Origin: Ginglymostoma cirratum
Taxonomy: Eukaryota
Assembly (NCBI GenBank): GCA_024137785.1
Contig: JAHRHZ010000282.1
Location: 124,001 to 188,000, forward strand
Direction: 5' to 3'
Length of the DNA stretch: 64,000 bases
Shown: one piece after another, positions 53,040 through 64,000 of the stretch
Layout: every line of letters begins with the position of its first letter
Numbering within the stretch: position 1 is the first letter of the stretch
Made by a program: the position numbers and the translations under genes
Notes under the pieces: generated by a model
The model's input: only the letters and a program-made list of their open reading frames with translations
The model's database searches: none
Told to the model about the DNA's origin: nothing

Positions 53040-54760
53040 AAATAAAAACCGAAAGCATGGACGAGCACACTGTTTCTGGACAGTGGACAGGCATTGTTTC
53101 TGAAGTAGATGCTACCAATTTGGTTAAGGACACAGCCATCCGTGAAGACAAGGAAGTTAGCCGTAGCGATTTCCACTAGCTAAAATGTTTTGCAAAGGGA
53201 GAGTCCAGATTATCTTTGTCACAGGACCACGATCGCCAACAAACTTGGCAGTAAAGACAGTGGCGATAGATATGTTAATGAATAAATTTCAAACACTAAT
53301 GAATTACCCCACCTTCGCTCCGCATCCCCGTCCATCCTTTTACTACCCTGATTCCATTTATTCCAAAACTGTTGGTTTTCCGTCAACATTCAGCGCTGAG
53401 TTATACATTTGTAAATACAGCAATCAGTCCAGTCAGTCCCAATACAAACTCTATTCTCTGTCCACTGAAATCAACCTGTGTCAATCTATCAATCTTAATT
53501 TGACGTAAAATGTATTTATTTCTTTTCCAAGTCCTTATTAATAACATCAACATCAGCGATACATTTGTTTCCTGTCCGGCAAAACCGGATTTTTATAATC
53601 TCACCCTTTACATTTTCAATTACCTCCATAGTCTCTCTCCTTCCACCCCAAAAGTCTCAATTTACGTGCAATTCTGCACCCTCCTCAATTCTTCCAATTA
53701 ATCAACCTATCAGTGGCGATTATACCTTCAGCTTCCTGTGGAAGCCTTCCTCAATGCCACCCCTCATTAGTTATGTTTGTCTTTAGTTTTTCATGTTACA
53801 CTTTACAATCTAACTTCTTTTTCATGTCGTGTGGACTTCTCAGGCTGTGCAGCATTTACTACCTTATCCCTTACCGCCTACCTAATAAATGGATTTCTAG
53901 GCTTTTTCAAATGGCAGTTAGTCACCAATCAGACTTCTGCTTCTCTGAATTCAAATGTTGACCAGAGCAGGTAGGCACAACAACATTTGTTGCCTGAAGG
54001 ACATTAGTGAACAAAATGAATATGTATGACAATCAATAATGGTTACATTGTCGCCATTAGAAAAGTTTACGCTTTAGTACAACTTTTTTTTATTAAATTC
54101 AAACGTGGTCAAACAACTTTTAATGATGACAATAAGACCCATAATAAATTAAAATCTCAATTTCGTATAACTGCACAGACAATATCTAAGATGACATCAA
54201 TAATGGGACTGCAATTTGTACTAGTTTGCAATCATTGCATTCTTCCAGTGTTACAGTGAAAATTACTGTGAGCACTGAATGTATATTTATGTTGCAATTC
54301 ATCTAATATAAAAATTGTGTTCTAATAATACACTTTCGATACTGTATTTTATTACACTGGAATTTTACTTTGTTAACGATAGTCGAATTTAATATTTGTG
54401 CAAAGCCATGTGTTCCAATTTATATTTCAACCATTTAATAAATGGCATTTCGATAAACATGGACCCGAATAAATTACTTAATATCTTGCATTGTTTCACA
54501 ATGAAATTGCAATGTCTATTTTATATTTTGCCATACGATGGTATATATAATGCATTTACACATAATGCAGCCAAGTGCTGGCCCTTAATATTCAAACAGT
54601 ACTGAAAATTACACGACAAAACAGCCTGGCTCAAAAGGTAAAATATGATGTTTCTGCTGATCTATAAAATAAATGATAACTTATTGGGGATCCAAGACTT
54701 ACCAGGAGTAGAAGTCCCAGCGAGAATTGAATGACAAACGGCAAAGAATGGCTCATGCAT
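53040..54760 (-). pseudogene. GPR139-like pseudogene 5' fragment (exon 1 54760-54703; exon 2 remnant ~53248-53040)
   Basis: MHEPFFAVCHSILAGTSTP|gtaagt; SLLAIVVL*QR*SGLSLCKTF*LVEIATANFLVFTDGCVLNQIGSIYFRN aligns with the TM1-TM2 region of the 26-kb copy. Confidence 0.7.
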
Positions 54761-57420
54761 CGTCTTTCAGAAGCTAAAGAAGTTCCTTAATCTATAGATA
54801 TTATGTCTGCGACACATTCAAAACGTCCACCATGGATTTTGAAATAGAGTCTCCAAAGGGAAAATTTGTAGTTATATTTCACAAATATGACATGAAATTT
54901 CATGTCAGACTAGTTAGTGCATTATTTTTATTGGAAAGAGTTTTAGTATTTCGTGCTTTAATAGAGCCAAAAATGAGCAATGGATTCAGAACAAAACTCT
55001 TTCAATTCATTCTGATCTAACATGGGACAGCGATACATTTCCAACTCAGAATGGAGGGGGCTTTGAGGGTGGCAGTTTTACCATGTATCTACTACCATTG
55101 TCCCTCTCAGTATTAGAATAAGACACTATGTCTCAACGGAAGCCAGTACCTCTGGCAATTGAATATCATCATTGTACTATGATGAAATGAGTGCAATTGT
55201 GTCTGCAAACTGTGGCAACGCCAAATGCAATGTCGTCAGTGACAGTTCGAGTGTAAAATTATGATAGGCATGCATCAGTGCAGTGATAATTAAGACAGGA
55301 TCAAGTGCTACATGAACTCAGACTTGTGGTGAGTCACATGTTTACCAAAAGGAGCATCGGCATAATCCAGTCAATGAAACTGAAGTTGGATTTCATGTGA
55401 CATGAAGTGAGATACGATCATGTCAAGTCATAACTGAGTATGACTTAGAGCAGTTCAACATGAACACAGAGCAATTCAATGGAAAAGATTGGTAGTCCAA
55501 TGCGGTGATAACTGGGACAGGACCAAGGACAGTAGAACTGCATAATAGAAAACAATATAAGGGAAACCGAAAAGACCCTTTATGGAGTCGAACGGAGTTC
55601 AAATACTTGGACAAGTATTTTTGAAATCTTTTTGGATCTTGTTAAACTTGAACTGAATATCCTTTATTGTCACATGCATCCAATAAAGAATACAGTGAAA
55701 AGTGAGCACAGTTGCTCAGACATCAGCGCCATTCACAGAATTAAAAATAATCTTAAAGAGAGTGCAACATTTCCTTCTGCACTGCTGCTGCCAGAGCCCC
55801 ACCTTGTGCTTCCCAGCTGATGCCAATGCCACAGAGAGTGTCCTGCTCCGGGTTTCCCAATCTATGCCATCGTGCCGAGAACGTGTCCCGCTTCAGGCTT
55901 CCGAGATCAAACCATGCCGCTGAGAGAATGTCGCACTCCGGGTTTTCTAACCCACACCACACCGCCATCAGGACCTACTCCATGTGGAAGCGACAGCTCC
56001 GCTCCAAGCTTCACAGGCTGACAGACCATCTCTTCATCCACGCTGTCTCTGAGAACTTCTCTATTGCTTCGGAGCCATCAAATCTGCCTCATTCCGAACA
56101 TCTCCCTTTTTGAGTTAGGTTTCGGGAGAAAAAAAGGATAGAAGCAAGAGCAATGAAGTGCAGTTTGGCGGCAAAATCAGGAAAGACAATAATGGCAGCC
56201 CTGAGATTGTAGAGAAAGGAGTGAAAACAGAAAGAAGGGAAGGTCGGAGGGTAGAAGAAAGGGAAGAAATTGATGTATGAATAAATGTCAACAAGAACAC
56301 TGACACAATCGGAGGCACAAATCATGGTTCTTCTTATCCAACCTCTCATGCATTCAGTATCAGCAACACGGGTCTGTCTGAGCTGGAGAGAACGCATAAC
56401 ATGGCTGTGTGTAAAAAGTAAAAACTATAACATTATGATTCCAATTAGTAAGACAGAGCGTTACATTTATGCTGCAATTCTGATCGAAGAGAAACAACAT
56501 GATAAAACTCTGTTTGTTTTCCCTATTTTTGCATACTTCTAAACTGTGTTTTCTCACTGAAGCCAAGATGAGATTTGAATTCCTGATGTGCAGAAACGAT
56601 AATCTTTTAATATCTCAGATCAGTTAATATACCCAAGAACATCAGCCTCTTAAAGAAGGGGAAATTTCCTTGACTGCCTCTGCTCAGTCAGAGACTTCGC
56701 TTTTCATTCTCCTTTGATTCCTCTTCCCAAAAAGTTTTCAAAGAATCAAAAAACTGGACACTGGGATTTTGTTGTTTTTTCATGTCTATTCCCAATAGAT
56801 GCAGTCATTGGGTCGGTGAGTTTTAGTGAATGAAAATTGTGCACGAGCAGCTTGTGCGACTACTTCAACTCTATTTTTTTCATTCCCCAGCTTAGTGCAA
56901 CGGCTCTGATTATCTGAAAAAGTCGCTTGTGTTCTACCTAAAGCCGTTTCTCATTGGAAAAAAAAATTCTGATTTTGGTGAGCTGACATGAGGAAGTAGC
57001 ACAAATCGTGTGTATAATCCTAGTTGCAAACTGCCCTGCGAGCTGAACTGGCTGGGATTCGGCTCTTCATTGTTGTTGTCTGGGTACTTGTCGGGAAGGG
57101 AAGTTTATGTGGATTTGTTAATGGTTAACATTTATTAATGGCTAGCATTTCTCGTGTTTAGAAAACGAAACATTAGTTTTAGGCATTCAACCCATCAACC
57201 CCTCCTAAGAATCTTATGTGTTTCAATAAGGAGTACGGTTATTGTAGTCCTGCAGCCAGTATTTAGGAGTACATAAGTACTCCGATGCAGGCCAATATGA
57301 GATTTGGTCCTGACCCTGCGTGATGCTTTCAATTCTGGCCGAGCTGTTCTGTTTTTGCTGTTATCATGGTAAATAATTCCTGGTCATTTTAATCGTTCGT
57401 ACAAGAGCAAAAATCCCTCC

Positions 57421-57494
57421 TTCCCTGACTGGGAATCCAACCCGTGTTGCAGCAGTGAAATTGTCGAATCCTAACCATTCACCCGAACCAAGGA
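57421..57494 (-). pseudogene. tRNA-Glu(TTC)-like pseudogene
   Basis: TCCTTGGT...TGGTTAGGATTCGACAATTTCACTGCTGCAACACGGGTTGGATTCCCAGTCAGGGAA; colinear with tRNA-Glu but B box and stems mutated. Confidence 0.6.
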
Positions 57495-59392
57495 AAATGC
57501 AGGGAAACATACAATTTTTCTTAATGATGTAGCTTTTAACTTCATTTTACTCAAATTATTTTCACTGGAGATAGGTTGTTCCTCCAAACCTATCGAGTTA
57601 CCGAGATTTTACAGAACGGAGAGAATCCCTTCTCTCCATGATATCAGTGCTGGTCCTCAAACGTCCATTCATTCTAATTAGAGTTTCCAGCACTTGGCCC
57701 ATAACCCTTTGTGCTCTGACATTTCATGTACCCATCCAAGTAGTTTTTCAATGTGTTGAGGTTATGGTGGAATGAAACTTTCGTCCTTGAAGATGGTCCT
57801 AAAAGCCTGAACTGTTTCTCCGAGCTGTTGCTCACTTTCCCTAATGTGTGGCTCAGCGTCAGGCGTTGTTGCGGGATATCCCTGGAAATTTCCTAGAGGC
57901 TGTATCACAGAAATGTCATTGTCTTTGCATGAGACACGCAGAAAGGTATAAAATGTTCTCGTGCATCTTTTCAATTTTATATTTTTCTCCCTGGCGTTTT
58001 AATCACCAACGACACACAAATGGGACTGAAGTTTGATATTATTGAATTGTGTTCAAAGTCACCTCGGGAGTTGAACATCATTTTAATCCACCGATGGAAA
58101 CACAGAGGCAGATTCCCCGAGAGTAACAGAGGCTTCATGAGAGACCAATCCCCAGAAAGCAAGGATTTCGCCCTTATGGCTCATTATTGTTCTCGTCAGA
58201 CTTCAGATTTCCTTTATGGTGACTATTCACCGGAAATAAATGAATTCAGGTTCTTGGGGAGCTTTCATGATGATTATAGACAGCTATTTCTGCAGGGAAC
58301 CTGTTCAAGTCAGAAAACATCAGTAATACAGTCCGTAGCATTTGAGCCCGCGCTGGGAGGCACATCACCTTACGCATCCAATCATGTTTGTTGCCTGCAG
58401 ACGTAATTTGGGCTTCCTGAGCCGCCCACATTGCCTGAACTTACTTGGAAAAGATTTAGCAGTGCCTGACACTAGAGGGCAGCAAGATGATGGATTATCG
58501 AGAAAAAGCAGCCCGGAAGCAACAGTGCAGAGTCAAAGTTTCAGATTATTGAATTTCCAGCAACATTTAAATACCAATCATACTGAAATATAAAACTGGA
58601 AGAATCAGCAGTGAGTGCGTAATTGGAGTGGCTCAATGCCTAGCCTCTTGTTTTCTTTCATCCTCGTTGTGGACCTTCTACATGACCATCTCTCTCTCTC
58701 TCTCTCCGTATCTATTTATCTATCTATTTCCCCTGGGACATGGATGAAGGGGCAGATCAGACTCGTTCAGACAGGCTGAATATATTCCCGCATGACCCAG
58801 AGACATTCGATATTTGTGTGATTACAGCTTCTTCATAGGGCATTGACAGTGTTTTGGGGAGAGGATGAGCTACCCCAGACCTAGATCTCCTGTGTTCCCT
58901 CATAGAGGAGAGTGGGAGCCCGTGAAAGGCGTTTCTTCAGTAGGTGCGGGTGGAGAGAGTTTGGGTTGGTATGAATGACCCTTGTTGTGCAATGGTAGTA
59001 TCCCTATCTCTTGGCTAGAAGGCTCAGCGTTATGAAATTACTGAACAGGCTAATTAGAAACATGGAAATACAGGAAAGAGGAATATCAGTAGACTGTTCG
59101 GTCCATAGAGCCTACTCAACCATTTAATATGTTCATGGCTGATCATTCAACTCCACATACTATTCCTGCGCTCCCCCCATATCTTTGATCCTCTTAGATC
59201 TCTGAACTTTGTCTACCTCCTTCCTGAAAATATTCTGTGTTTTGACCTCAAACACTTTCTGTTACAATGAATTCCACAGGTTGTCCGTCCTGTGGGTGAA
59301 GAATCTCCTACTCATTTCAGTTGTAAGCGGCCAAGGTATATCCTTAGACTGTGATCCCTGAATGTTGACTCCCATCATCGAGAACGCATAAT

Positions 59393-59880
59393 TACACACA
59401 CACACACACACACTCTCTCTCTGTCTCCCTCACAGGCACACATGGACATGTGTGCATGTGCACGCGCATACGCACAAGCACACAAATATGCACACACACT
59501 CACACAGACACACAAACACACACATGCTTACATAAACACACAGGTATGCTCACATGCGCACAAATGAAAACGCAAATATGTTCTCTCATACACACGCATG
59601 CTGACAAAGAAGCACACATGTGCTCTTTCACACATAGTGGTCTGCTCACAAACACAAACAAAGCAACAAATATGCTCACAGATGTACAGATACACTCTTA
59701 TAAACACAGGCACACAAACACGCAAAAATTCTCACACATTTTGAAAACCTCATTTGCATAAACACAGATACGTTCATATACACACACAAACATGCTGTTT
59801 CTCTCACACACGCTTGCACAGACACAGATATGCTTTCACCCACACTGACATTTTGACACACTCAGTGACATGATCACACA
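59393..59880. repeat. Degenerate CA-rich simple repeat
   Basis: Seen directly. Confidence 0.85.
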
Positions 59881-60034
59881 GAGTTAAGAGCAAAATCAGA
59901 TGCACAGAGAAATATAAATACATATACAGGTTTATGAACCTGCTCTACGTATAGTGAGAATGATGATGGAGCAATTTAACGAGTAATGTCTGGGACCATT
60001 GCCTGCATGAAGAAAGAAATAAAACGTTTTCTAT

Positions 60035-60290
60035 ATGAATAATGAACAAGAGTTTGATTCAAGGACCATAATTTCAAAACTTGCTGGTGACACTAAAATT
60101 GGCGATATTGTAAAGATGGAAGAGACTTGGAGTATACCTTACGAGGATACAGACAGTCTGGTGAAATGTACAGACACACGAAAGGTGAAGTGCAATACTT
60201 TCAACGGTAAAATTATAGTTTTTGGGTGTAGACTTAGGAGAGACGATTTAATCTAAATGATCCAACGTTAAACCGTCTACAGGTAAAGAA
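60035..60290 (+). mobile_element. CR1 reverse-transcriptase fragment
   Basis: ISKLAGDTKIGDIV resembles the CR1 SKFADDTKIG motif. Confidence 0.6.
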
Positions 60291-61349
60291 AAGGGTTCTG
60301 TTTAACATCTATTACTTAATATATCTGTTTGCTTATGTATGTCTGCGGGTCTCCATTGCTGTGGATTTTGTTCCTGCCACTTACTCGAGACAACTCACCA
60401 TTATGGTACTGCGTTTCCCATACTCGTGAGATTCGATATGTCATTGATCACCCTTTTGGTAACTCAGTATTGTATGTAATGTATGACTTGGTGCGCTTGA
60501 TAATATCAGACTGCTGCTTGCAGGTCAGCTTTAAAAATTATGGCACAAGCCCTCAAACTTCAGTGAGAAGGACGTTGCAGGGCCAAAAGGGCTGTGTGGC
60601 TCACTGACATTTCTTTTGAACAATCCAATGCCACTTGGCTTCTTCAGCTAGTCGATTGATTAGGTAATATTGAGTAAACATATTGCTGTGTATCCGGATT
60701 CTCAATTTGAAAAGACCAAATGAAAACAGCACGCTTAGCTAAAGCAAAGATTATACCAAATGAGACTACCAGATAACAGATAGCACTTTTAAGGGCCATT
60801 TACAGATGTTACTTTTTCATTCCATTTTCGTTCTCTTTATTCTATTTTTGAATTACTTTGCTTTTCAAATTCGTTCTTGCGATGTGGCCAACGCCCTGGA
60901 TGCCCTGATAACAATCAAAAGTCAAAAACATTGTTTTGGTTTTGGAGTCATTGGAAGGCCTGGCCATTAAAGTGCAAAGATTTCCTTCCCTAAAGGACAC
61001 AAGTGAACCAGATGTTTTTCTTTAATAACAAGAAAAAGTGCTTAAGCGGTTACAATTCGGCTAAATTTTGTTATTTGCGGAATTCAAATTTGACCGCCTG
61101 CCACTTAAACCTCCCTTCCCAGAATATTTTCAACCCAGTGGCATGATCATTACGTCTTCGACCTATCCTAAATTGCACAAGGTGAAATTCAAGCGGTGTA
61201 CCAAACAAATTTTCCTGTGAGATTGAATAGATAATTGAGTCAAAGTTCCACCGTGACACATTTATATCATTTCCTGGCATGTCAATTACATCTGAACATA
61301 CCCTTATGTTGTAATGTTTACTCACATTTTACCCACCTACACACCTCAC

Positions 61350-63440
61350 GAAACAATAACAAGATAACAAGGTATGGGGCTGAATGAACACAGCAGGCCA
61401 AGCAGCATCATAGGAGCAGGAAAGCTTGACGTTTCGGGCCGAGACCCTTCATCAGAAATGGGGGAGGGGAAGAGGGTTCTGAAATAAATAGGGAGAGGGG
61501 GGAGGCGGATAGAGGAGAGGATAGGTGGAGAGGAGGCAGACAAGTCGAAGAGGCGGGGATGGAGCCAGTAAAGGTGAGTGTAGGTGGGGGTGGAGGGAGG
61601 AGATAGGTCAGTCCAAGGAAGACGGACAGGTCAAGGGGGCGGGATGATGTTAGTAGATAGGGGATGGGGGTGGAGCTTGAGGTGGGAGGAGGGGATAGGT
61701 GAGAGGAAAAACAGGTTAAGGAGGTGGAGATGAACTGGGCTGGTTTTGGGATGTGGTTGGGGGAGGGGAGATTTTGAAGCTTGTGAAATCCACATTGATA
61801 CCATTGGGCTGCAGGGTTCCCAGGCTGAATATGATTTGCTGTTCCTGCAGCCTTCGGGTGGCATCACTATGGCATTGCAGGAGCCCCGGGATGGACATGT
61901 CGTCTGAGGAATGGGAGGGGGAGTTGAAATGGTTCGCGACTGGGAGGTGCAGTTGTTTGTTGCGAACTGAGCGCAGGTGTTCTGCAAAGCGGTCCCCAAG
62001 CCTCCGCTTGGTTTCCCCGATGTCGAGGAAGCCACAACGGGTACAGCGGATGCAGTATACCACATTGGCAGATGTGCAGGTGAACATCTGCCTGATGTGA
62101 AAGTCTTCTTGGGGCCTGGGTTTGGAGTGAGGGAGGAGGTGTGGGGGCAGGTATAGCACTTCCTGCGGTTGCAGGGGAAAGTGCTGGGTGTGGTGGGGCT
62201 GGAGGGGAGTGTGGAGCGGACAAGGGAGTCGCGGAGGGAGTGGTCACTCCGGAAGGCAGATAAGGGTGGGGAGGGAAAAATGTCTTTGGTGGTGGGATCA
62301 GATTGCAGATGGCGGAAGTGTCGGAGGATGATGCGTTGGATCCGGAGGTTGGTGGGATGGTACGTGAGGATGAGTGGGATTCTTTTTTGGTTATTATTGC
62401 GGGTACGGGGCGTGAGGGATGAGTTACGGGAAATGCGGGAAACATGGTCGAGGGCGTTCTCGACCACTGTTGGGGGAAGTTGCGGTCCTTGAAGAATGAG
62501 GACATCTGAGATGTACAGGAGTGGAATGTCTCATCCTGGGAGCAGATGCGGCGGAGGCAAAGGAATTGAGAATAGGGGATGGCATTTTTGCAGGAAGGTG
62601 GGTGGGCAAAGGTGTATTCCAGGTAGCTGTGGGAGTCAGTGGGCTTGAAATGGACATCGGTTTCTAGGTGGTTACCCGAGATGGAGACAGAGAGGTCCAG
62701 GAGGGAGAGAGAAGTGTTGGAGATGGTCCAGGTGAACTTCAGGTTTGGGTGGAAGGTGTTGGTGAAGTGGATGAACTGTTCGAGCTCCTCGTGGGAGCAC
62801 GAGGCGGCGCCGATGCAGTCATCAATGTAACGGAGGAAGAGGTGGGGTTTAGGGCCAGTGTCGGTACGGAAGAGGGATTGTTCCACGTAACCTACAAAGA
62901 GGCAGACATAGTTTGGGCCCATGCGGGTACCCATGGCCACCCCCTTTGTCTGTAGGAAGTGGGAGGAATTGAAAGAGAAATTGTTGAGAGTGAAGACGAG
63001 TTTGGCTAAGTGGATGAGGGTGTCGGTGGAGGGGGATTGATCAGTTCTGCGGGACAGGAAGAAGCGGAGGGCCTTTAGGCCATCTGCATGGGGAATACAG
63101 GCATATAGGGACTGGACGTCCATGGTAAAAATGAAGTGTTGGGGACTGGGGAATTGGAAGTTCTGGAGGAGGTGGAGGGCGTGGGTGGTGTCACGGACGT
63201 AGGTAGGGAGTTCCTGGACCAAGGGGGTGAAAATGGAGTCTAGGTAGGTGGAGATGAGTTCGGTGGGGCAGAAGCAGGCGGAGATAATGGGTCGACCAGG
63301 GCATTCAGGTTTGTGGATTTTGGGAAGGAGATAGAAGCTGGCAGTGCGGGGTTGGGGAACGATGAGGTTGGAGGCGGTGGGTGGGAGGTCACCTGAGGTG
63401 ATGAGGTTGTGGATGGTTTGGTGCTCGGGGGTGGGTATTT
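61350..63440 (-). mobile_element. Penelope-like retroelement, 5'-truncated, RT plus GIY-YIG endonuclease, frameshifted
   Basis: FYLLPKIHKPECPGRPIIS, TMDVQSLY, QTKGVAMGT, LRYIDD; then VVYCIRCTRCGFLDIGETKRRLGDRFAEH. Confidence 0.92.
61427..61455 (-). ncRNA. Minimal hammerhead ribozyme motif at the Penelope 3' end
   Basis: CTGATGA-AGGG-TCTCGG-CCC-GAAA-CGTC-A on minus strand. Confidence 0.65.
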
Positions 63441-64000
63441 TTCGGTGATGCTCATGAAATGGGGACCTGCAATTGCGCAAATTCATGACAGAATTTTACA
63501 TTTTACACAATGTTACCTGTCCTTCAGAAAATACCACTTGCACTGAGTCATACCTTGGGTTGTGCTGAAGTGGTAGAACGTGTTGTTCACTGCCATAGAA
63601 CAGAGGCAGAGTTTTACCAGTCACCATGCCAAAGTCTGATATTTGAAAGAATTGGTTAGATAGATACACACCTTGACATTTTACCCAAAAGTTGGCCTTA
63701 TGATGTATTTATTGAACTCCAGTTTGAATTTTACTGGTCAATTCCGGCTTCCAGTACGACAGCAGATTCGATAACAAGTTTAATTTATTTTAAAACAAAG
63801 GAATTTCCATTTCAATCAATATTCTATTTCGACAAAAGGTTTAAAAAAAAACTATTTCTGCAGTGTGTGAAAGAGTTCTGGAAAAGTAATACCGATCCAG
63901 ACCTTGAAAACGAACTTCTCATGTTGTTCTTGCATGAGGAACCTTCGAAATCATTCAGTCTAAATCAAAGAAAGTATATCTCTCATAATGCCACACTCCT

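Noticed and set aside
53000-54756. Apparent novel two-exon secreted Cys-rich peptide gene (MSHSLPFVIQFSLGLLLL|LVEIATANFLVFTDGC...), with a paralogous 'signal exon' at 3205-3258 and candidate second exon 5032-5229
   Set aside because: The other frame of exon 1 and the sequence upstream of the supposed acceptor read as GPR139-like N-terminus/TM1/TM2 with stops. A decayed GPCR is the simpler explanation.
58020-58593. 128-aa and 83-aa ORFs
   Set aside because: No recognisable motifs or splice structure; likely chance ORFs.

Overview
Eukaryotic genomic DNA, almost certainly from a shark or other elasmobranch (inferred from NAR-type V, HE1/V-SINEs, CR1 LINEs and Penelope-like elements). The window lies in the V-segment region of the T-cell receptor alpha/delta locus. 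Its centrepiece is an apparently intact NAR-TCR cassette on the minus strand: leader and IgNAR-like V (21801-21340), one D (20958-20943), a J (20565-20513) and a leaderless 'supporting' Vdelta (15303-14994), with recombination signal sequences (RSS) and splice phases that fit together. Directly behind the supporting Vdelta RSS is a tandem array of about six ~60-bp RSS-derived units, one of which is still a near-perfect 23-RSS. The window also holds an intact single-exon (intronless-leader) TCR V, seven or eight V pseudogenes on both strands, fragments of at least three GPR139-like GPCR pseudogenes between the V genes, Penelope-like elements with minimal hammerhead-ribozyme motifs, CR1/SINE relics, tRNA-Glu relics, microsatellites and one assembly gap. 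Everything was read by eye; family names rest on motif recognition, not database searches.
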